The notes beneath the pieces are model-generated. The model made no database searches. It was not told the origin of the DNA and saw only the letters and a program-made list of their open reading frames with translations. This document shows positions 27,680-31,961 of a stretch of 31,961 nt of DNA, in pieces. Origin of the DNA: Nitrospinales bacterium (GTDB lineage: Bacteria > Nitrospinota > Nitrospinia > Nitrospinales > JAJDAT01); contig JBHHYO010000025.1 in NCBI GenBank assembly GCA_046757665.1, forward strand, positions 1-31,961. The letters are read 5' to 3'. The translations under genes were made by a program, and so were the position numbers. Position 1 is the stretch's first letter. The number at the start of each line of letters is the position of its first letter.

Positions 27680-28795
27680 TTAATTTCCCCGATTCTTGTG
27701 TATTTCAAATTCGTCGAAAACAGTCACCCCCTCCGGCAACTCGTCGCAGGGCAGGGAGATGGTTTTCCAAAACTCCTTTTGCGGTTTCCAGCGAGGGTTT
27801 TCCTCCGGAGTTTTGGCGGGGCAAACCCGGTAGGTTCTGCCGCGCATCCTCTCCGGCTCGAACTCCAGAATCATAAAATGATTCACGAGCGCCCGCACCG
27901 CCAGGGCGACGAATACCTCTTCCGGCGCGGTGCGTTTTTCAACTCCCTGCATGTCGGCAAACGGCTTGAACGTTGCTCCGCCGCCGCCGGAGACAATATA
28001 GATGACGCCCCGGCCGCGAATATATTTTGCCGCATTCGTCTGCATGACGGACAGGCCTTCTTTGCCGCGGCGAAAGCCCATCGGCTTGAACCGTTCGTAG
28101 GAGTGCTGGTTGCCGGCGAAAACCAGGTCGGGCCGCAGAGCGTCGATCTGTTTCAGTACCGTGCCGCGTTTGTCCTTGAACCAGGCCGTGGTAACCGGCG
28201 GTTCATGCAGGGCCAGAACAATCCACAGCCCATCGCGCCGCGCCCGTTCGATTCTCGGGCCGAGCCAGGTTGTGGGGTCCCGCCACGGATAGGTGTTGAG
28301 AACCGCGAACAGAACGTTGCCGATGACTTTCGTTCCTTCAAAAGAACCCGGGCCGGGTTGCGCCGGCAAGTCAAACGGCGTGTCCAGCGGGTCGATGAAT
28401 TTCCAGCAACCGGAAGCCATGGGTTTCCATACTTGCGGCGGCAGGTCGTTGTCTCCCGGAACAAACAGCCGAAACCGGTACGGTTCGACCAGGGTTCGGC
28501 GAATCTCGCGGATGTGATCCGGATTGCAGACCGCGGGAAACCGTTTCGGTTGATAAACAAAATCGCCCAGGTGCAACAGAACGTCCGCCCCTTGCCGGGC
28601 CATGGCTTGCTGGACAGCGCGAAAACCGGGAGCGAATGCCCGTTTGCCGATTCCCGTGTCACCGACCACGGCCACCTTGAGGAATTGGCTGAGACTGCGG
28701 GTCTCGAACCCGGCAGGCGCTTCGGCCCGCGCCGCCGTTTGGAAAATCAGGCAAACCCAAACCGCCGCTATTGAACTCTTGAAAAAATCGCGCAT
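27680..28795 (-). CDS. Exported calcineurin-like metallophosphoesterase (purple acid phosphatase-like)
   Basis: Signal peptide; motifs GDTG, HLGDFVY, PGDND, LHEPP, AGNQHSYER and SGGGG. GGAGG RBS before ATG 28795. Confidence 0.88.
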   Translation of the reverse strand: MRDFFKSSIAAVWVCLIFQTAARAEAPAGFETRSLSQFLKVAVVGDTGIGKRAFAPGFRAVQQAMARQGADVLLHLGDFVYQPKRFPAVCNPDHIREIRRTLVEPYRFRLFVPGDNDLPPQVWKPMASGCWKFIDPLDTPFDLPAQPGPGSFEGTKVIGNVLFAVLNTYPWRDPTTWLGPRIERARRDGLWIVLALHEPPVTTAWFKDKRGTVLKQIDALRPDLVFAGNQHSYERFKPMGFRRGKEGLSVMQTNAAKYIRGRGVIYIVSGGGGATFKPFADMQGVEKRTAPEEVFVALAVRALVNHFMILEFEPERMRGRTYRVCPAKTPEENPRWKPQKEFWKTISLPCDELPEGVTVFDEFEIHKNRGN

Positions 28796-28857
28796 GGCAA
28801 AGCCTCCTTGCGTATCCGTCGGCGCCGCTTTTAACCGGTAATTCTTAAAACATCGCG

Positions 28858-29322
28858 ATGCCCCATAACCTGCATATCGTTTTGGTGGAACCGGAAATCC
28901 CGTCAAACACGGGCTCCATCGGCAGGCTCTGCCTGGCGACCGGAACATCCCTTCACCTTATAGAACCCCTGGGTTTCCAGATCAACGATACGCAACTCAA
29001 ACGGGCCGGCCTGGATTACTGGCCGCATTTGCAGGTTATGCGGTACAAAAACCTGGACGCCTTCTTTCAGTCCATCCCTTCCCAGGCGCCGAAAGTCTTT
29101 TTTTCAAAAAAATCCACCGCCAGTTTTTTCGATCATCGTTTTGAGGCGGGCAGTTATTTGTTTTTTGGCCGCGAGACCCGGGGGCTCCCCCAGGAATTGC
29201 TATCGGCGCATCCAGGGCGGACATTTCGTATTCCCCAGTACGATTCCCGTGTCCGCTCGATCAACCTTTCCAACGCCGTCAGCGTCGTGGTTTACGAAGC
29301 CATCCGGCAATTGGGGCCTTGA
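28858..29322 (+). CDS. trmL: tRNA (cytidine/uridine-34-2'-O)-methyltransferase
   Basis: PEIPSNTGSIGRLC, RAGLDYW, FGRETRGLP and RSINLSNAV. Confidence 0.96.
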   Translation: MPHNLHIVLVEPEIPSNTGSIGRLCLATGTSLHLIEPLGFQINDTQLKRAGLDYWPHLQVMRYKNLDAFFQSIPSQAPKVFFSKKSTASFFDHRFEAGSYLFFGRETRGLPQELLSAHPGRTFRIPQYDSRVRSINLSNAVSVVVYEAIRQLGP

Positions 29323-29431
29323 ATGGTGGCTTTAACTGCTTTGATTATAGTAAGAAACATTTTTGATTTCTATGTGTTAAGGTATTTTCAAGATTCAAGT
29401 TCGTCCACGCGATAAAAAAGAGACGGTGCCG

Positions 29432-30748
29432 ATGACGCGCAAGCGAGTCATTATCATGGGAGCGGCGGGCAGGGATTTTCACAACTTCAACATGTTCTTC
29501 CGCGGCAACCCCGCCTATGAGGTGATTGCCTTCACCGCCGCGCAGATACCGGGTATCGACGGTAAAACGTATCCGCCCGGATTGGCGGGCGAACTCTATC
29601 CCCGGGGCATTCCCATTCAAACGGAGGACCGCCTGGTCCAGCTCATTCACGACCGCAATGTAGACATTGTGGTGTTTGCCTACAGCGACGTTCCTCACGA
29701 ATATGTCATGCACAAAGCCACCAGCGTGCTGGCCGCCGGAGCCGATTTCTGGCTCCAGGGCGCGGCGAGCACCATGATCCGCTCGGCTAGGAAAGTCGTC
29801 TCCATTTGCGCCGTGCGCACCGGATGCGGCAAGTCCCAAACCTCCAGAAAAGTCACGAAAATTTTGCGGAGCCGCGGCAAGCGAGTGGTCGCGGTGCGCC
29901 ATCCCATGCCCTACGGCAACCTGGAAAAACAAAAAGTCCAACGCTTCGCCTCCATCGCCGACCTCACGGCCCACAACTGCACCATCGAGGAAATGGAGGA
30001 ATACGAACCCTATATCGACCTGGGTTGTCCCATCTTCGCCGGCGTGGATTTTCAAGCCATTCTCCAGCAGGCGGAACAGGAGGCGGATATCATCGTCTGG
30101 GACGGCGGCAACAATGACCTGCCCTTTTACCGGCCCGACCTGGAAATCGTCGTGACCGACCCGCACCGCGCCGGGCATGAACTCGCCTACTATCCCGGAG
30201 AAGCAAATTTAAAAAGAGCCCACGTTGTCGTCATCAATAAAGTAGATACCGCCGATTACAAAGATATCGAAACCGTTCGCAACAACGCGCGCCGGGTCAA
30301 CCCCGACGCTGTATTGATAGAAGCCGCCTCGCCCCTCTCGGTGGAAGGCGGCGCGCAAATCGGCGGCCGCCGGGTTCTGGTCGTCGAGGACGGGCCGACC
30401 CTGACCCACGGCGGGATGAAATACGGCGCCGGAGTAATCGCCGCGGAACGCTATGGCGCGAAGAAAATCATCGACCCCCGGCCCTGGGTTTCCGCGACCA
30501 TCAAGCAAACCTTCGACCAATATCCCGCGATCGGCAACGTGCTCCCCGCCATGGGATACGGCAAGGAGCAAATGCGGGATTTGCAAAATACCATCAACGC
30601 CGCCGACTGCGATCTGGTCATCATCGGGACGCCCATTGACTTGTCGCGGGTGATCGATATCCGCAAGCCGTCGGTGCGGGTGAAATACGAGCTTCAGGAA
30701 ATCGGCAGTCCAACCCTGGAATCCGTTTTGCAACCGTTTTGGCAATAA
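29432..30748 (+). CDS. arcE: Cyclic 2,3-diphosphoglycerate synthetase-like P-loop protein (COG2403); probable arginine synthetase ArcE
   Basis: GAAGRDFHNFN, FTAAQIP, P-loop AVRTGCGKSQ, RHPMPYG, TIEEMEEYE, WDGGNND, EDGPTLTHG and LPAMGY; adjacent to carbamate kinase. The family call is firm; the specific activity is inferred. Confidence 0.8.
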   Translation: MTRKRVIIMGAAGRDFHNFNMFFRGNPAYEVIAFTAAQIPGIDGKTYPPGLAGELYPRGIPIQTEDRLVQLIHDRNVDIVVFAYSDVPHEYVMHKATSVLAAGADFWLQGAASTMIRSARKVVSICAVRTGCGKSQTSRKVTKILRSRGKRVVAVRHPMPYGNLEKQKVQRFASIADLTAHNCTIEEMEEYEPYIDLGCPIFAGVDFQAILQQAEQEADIIVWDGGNNDLPFYRPDLEIVVTDPHRAGHELAYYPGEANLKRAHVVVINKVDTADYKDIETVRNNARRVNPDAVLIEAASPLSVEGGAQIGGRRVLVVEDGPTLTHGGMKYGAGVIAAERYGAKKIIDPRPWVSATIKQTFDQYPAIGNVLPAMGYGKEQMRDLQNTINAADCDLVIIGTPIDLSRVIDIRKPSVRVKYELQEIGSPTLESVLQPFWQ

Positions 30749-30772
30749 CGTCCCGTCGGCGAGCCCCGAATC

Positions 30773-31753
30773 ATGAATCACAAAAACGACTGCCCCAGCC
30801 TGCTCATCGCCTTCGGAGGCAACGCCCTCAATGTCCCCGACAAAACCCATGCCCATCAGAAGGAAGAGTTTATTATCGCCCGCAAGAGCATGGAGAAAGT
30901 CGCCGACCTCGTGGACCGCGGCTATCATAAAATCATCATCACCCACGGCAACGGCCCGCAGGTGGGGCAAATTTTTCTTCAACAGGAACTCACCAGACAC
31001 GAGTTTCCCCGGCAAATCACCCTGGACGTCTGTGTCGCCGACAGCCAGGGGCGGATCGGCTATATTCTGCAAAACGTGTTCGACAACGTGTGCCAAAGCA
31101 CCGGCAAATGCCGGGGCATCGACAAACGCTCCTTCGCCGTCATCACCCAGGTGGTGGTCGATGCCAACGACCCGGCCTTTAAAAATCCCGACAAACCCAT
31201 CGGCGTGTTTTATTCGCACGCGGAGGCAGAGCGCCTGGGCCGGGAGCGCGGCTGGAAACTGAAAGAAGACGCCGGGCGCGGATACCGCCGCGTGGTGCCG
31301 TCTCCCATGCCAATCGAGATCGTCGAAAAACGCATTTTCCGCGAAATCCTCGAGCGCGGATTCATCGCCATCGGCGCCGGTGGCGGCGGCATTCCCGTTG
31401 TCCGCACCGCCGGCGGCGAACTGCGCGGCGTCGAGGCCGTCATCGACAAAGACCGCACCAGCGCCCTGCTGGCCGCCGAGGTGGGCATCGAGTGTTTCGT
31501 CATGCTGACGGCAGTGGACTTCGCCTACCTGGACTTCAACACCGCAAACCCCCGGCCCATCGCATCCGCCACGGCAAGCGAGATGGAAGCCTATCTCCAG
31601 GCCGGGCATTTCGCCGAGGGCAGTATGAAACCCAAGGTGGAAGCCGCCATCAGCTTTCTAAGAAACGGCGGCAAGCGAGCCATCATCGCCCGCTTGCCCG
31701 ACCTGACAGAGGCCATGCAGGAAAAAACCGGCACCCACATCCTGCCCGGCTGA
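30773..31753 (+). CDS. arcC: Carbamate kinase
   Basis: AFGGNAL, THGNGPQVG, EDAGRGYRRVVPSP, GGGGIPV, GVEAVIDKD and GSMKPKVEAA. Confidence 0.97.
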   Translation: MNHKNDCPSLLIAFGGNALNVPDKTHAHQKEEFIIARKSMEKVADLVDRGYHKIIITHGNGPQVGQIFLQQELTRHEFPRQITLDVCVADSQGRIGYILQNVFDNVCQSTGKCRGIDKRSFAVITQVVVDANDPAFKNPDKPIGVFYSHAEAERLGRERGWKLKEDAGRGYRRVVPSPMPIEIVEKRIFREILERGFIAIGAGGGGIPVVRTAGGELRGVEAVIDKDRTSALLAAEVGIECFVMLTAVDFAYLDFNTANPRPIASATASEMEAYLQAGHFAEGSMKPKVEAAISFLRNGGKRAIIARLPDLTEAMQEKTGTHILPG

Positions 31754-31787
31754 AAGCATGGAATCCACCACACCATCCGCGAGCGTT

Positions 31788-31869
31788 GCCCGCCCGTCAT
31801 GGTGAGCCCCCTTCGGCAGGCTCAGAGCAGGCTTTATCGAACCATGACAGAGCCTGACTGATCCCGCCC
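31788..31869. repeat. REP-like palindromic element, copy 2 (inverted relative to copy 1), with a nested related insert
   Basis: GTCATGGTGAGCC-[CCCTTCGGCAGGCTCAGAGCAGGCTTTA]-TCGAACCATGAC at 31796-31848. Flanks gcccgccc and ctgactga are shared with copy 1. Confidence 0.8.
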
Positions 31870-31961
31870 CCGTCATCCTTTTGCGAACGCTTGTTCCGCC
31901 GATCGCGCCTGACCGGAGCCGGTTTTCGCGAAAAAAAAATTTTGAAAAACGAGGAACGAAA

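Noticed and set aside
29432-30748. Literal annotation as cyclic 2,3-diphosphoglycerate synthetase (thermoprotectant, pairing with DIP genes)
   Set aside because: No 2-phosphoglycerate kinase is nearby, and linkage to carbamate kinase favours the arginine synthetase subgroup. Not fully excluded.
68-31869. The two inverted repeat copies as terminal inverted repeats of one 32-kb mobile element
   Set aside because: The enclosed DNA is core housekeeping (rpoN, lpt, metK), with no transposase or integrase and no evident target duplication. Dispersed REP-like copies explain it more simply.

Overview
A 32-kb bacterial chromosomal segment from a diderm (LPS-exporting), sigma54-containing organism. 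Gene content and order resemble Nitrospinota or deltaproteobacteria-like lineages; this is an impression, not a tested assignment. From left to right: glutathione peroxidase; a hypothetical gene; a minus-strand inositol operon (ino1, an IPCT/DIPPS-like fusion, an HD/DUF4202-like protein) behind a long structured leader; a housekeeping run nnr-tsaE-lptC-lptA-lptB-rpoN-hpf-ptsN-ptsI-metK; two GT-C-type membrane glycosyltransferases; cobA/hemD; an exported TPR protein; a DUF4175-like/gluzincin-TPR/MoxR module; an atypical exported metallophosphoesterase; trmL; and a cDPGS-like P-loop enzyme (probable arginine synthetase ArcE) paired with carbamate kinase. I saw no rRNA, tRNA, CRISPR array, transposase or integrase. 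Two copies of a REP-like palindrome lie near the window ends, one with a nested insert. The best leads are: (1) the inositol operon, whose cytidylyltransferase domain looks catalytically degenerate, which carries a candidate HD phosphatase and has a switch-like 5' leader; (2) the arcE-arcC pair; (3) the vWA-less MoxR/peptidase/DUF4175 module; and (4) a phosphoesterase with substituted metal ligands. All calls come from motif recognition by eye; no database search was run.
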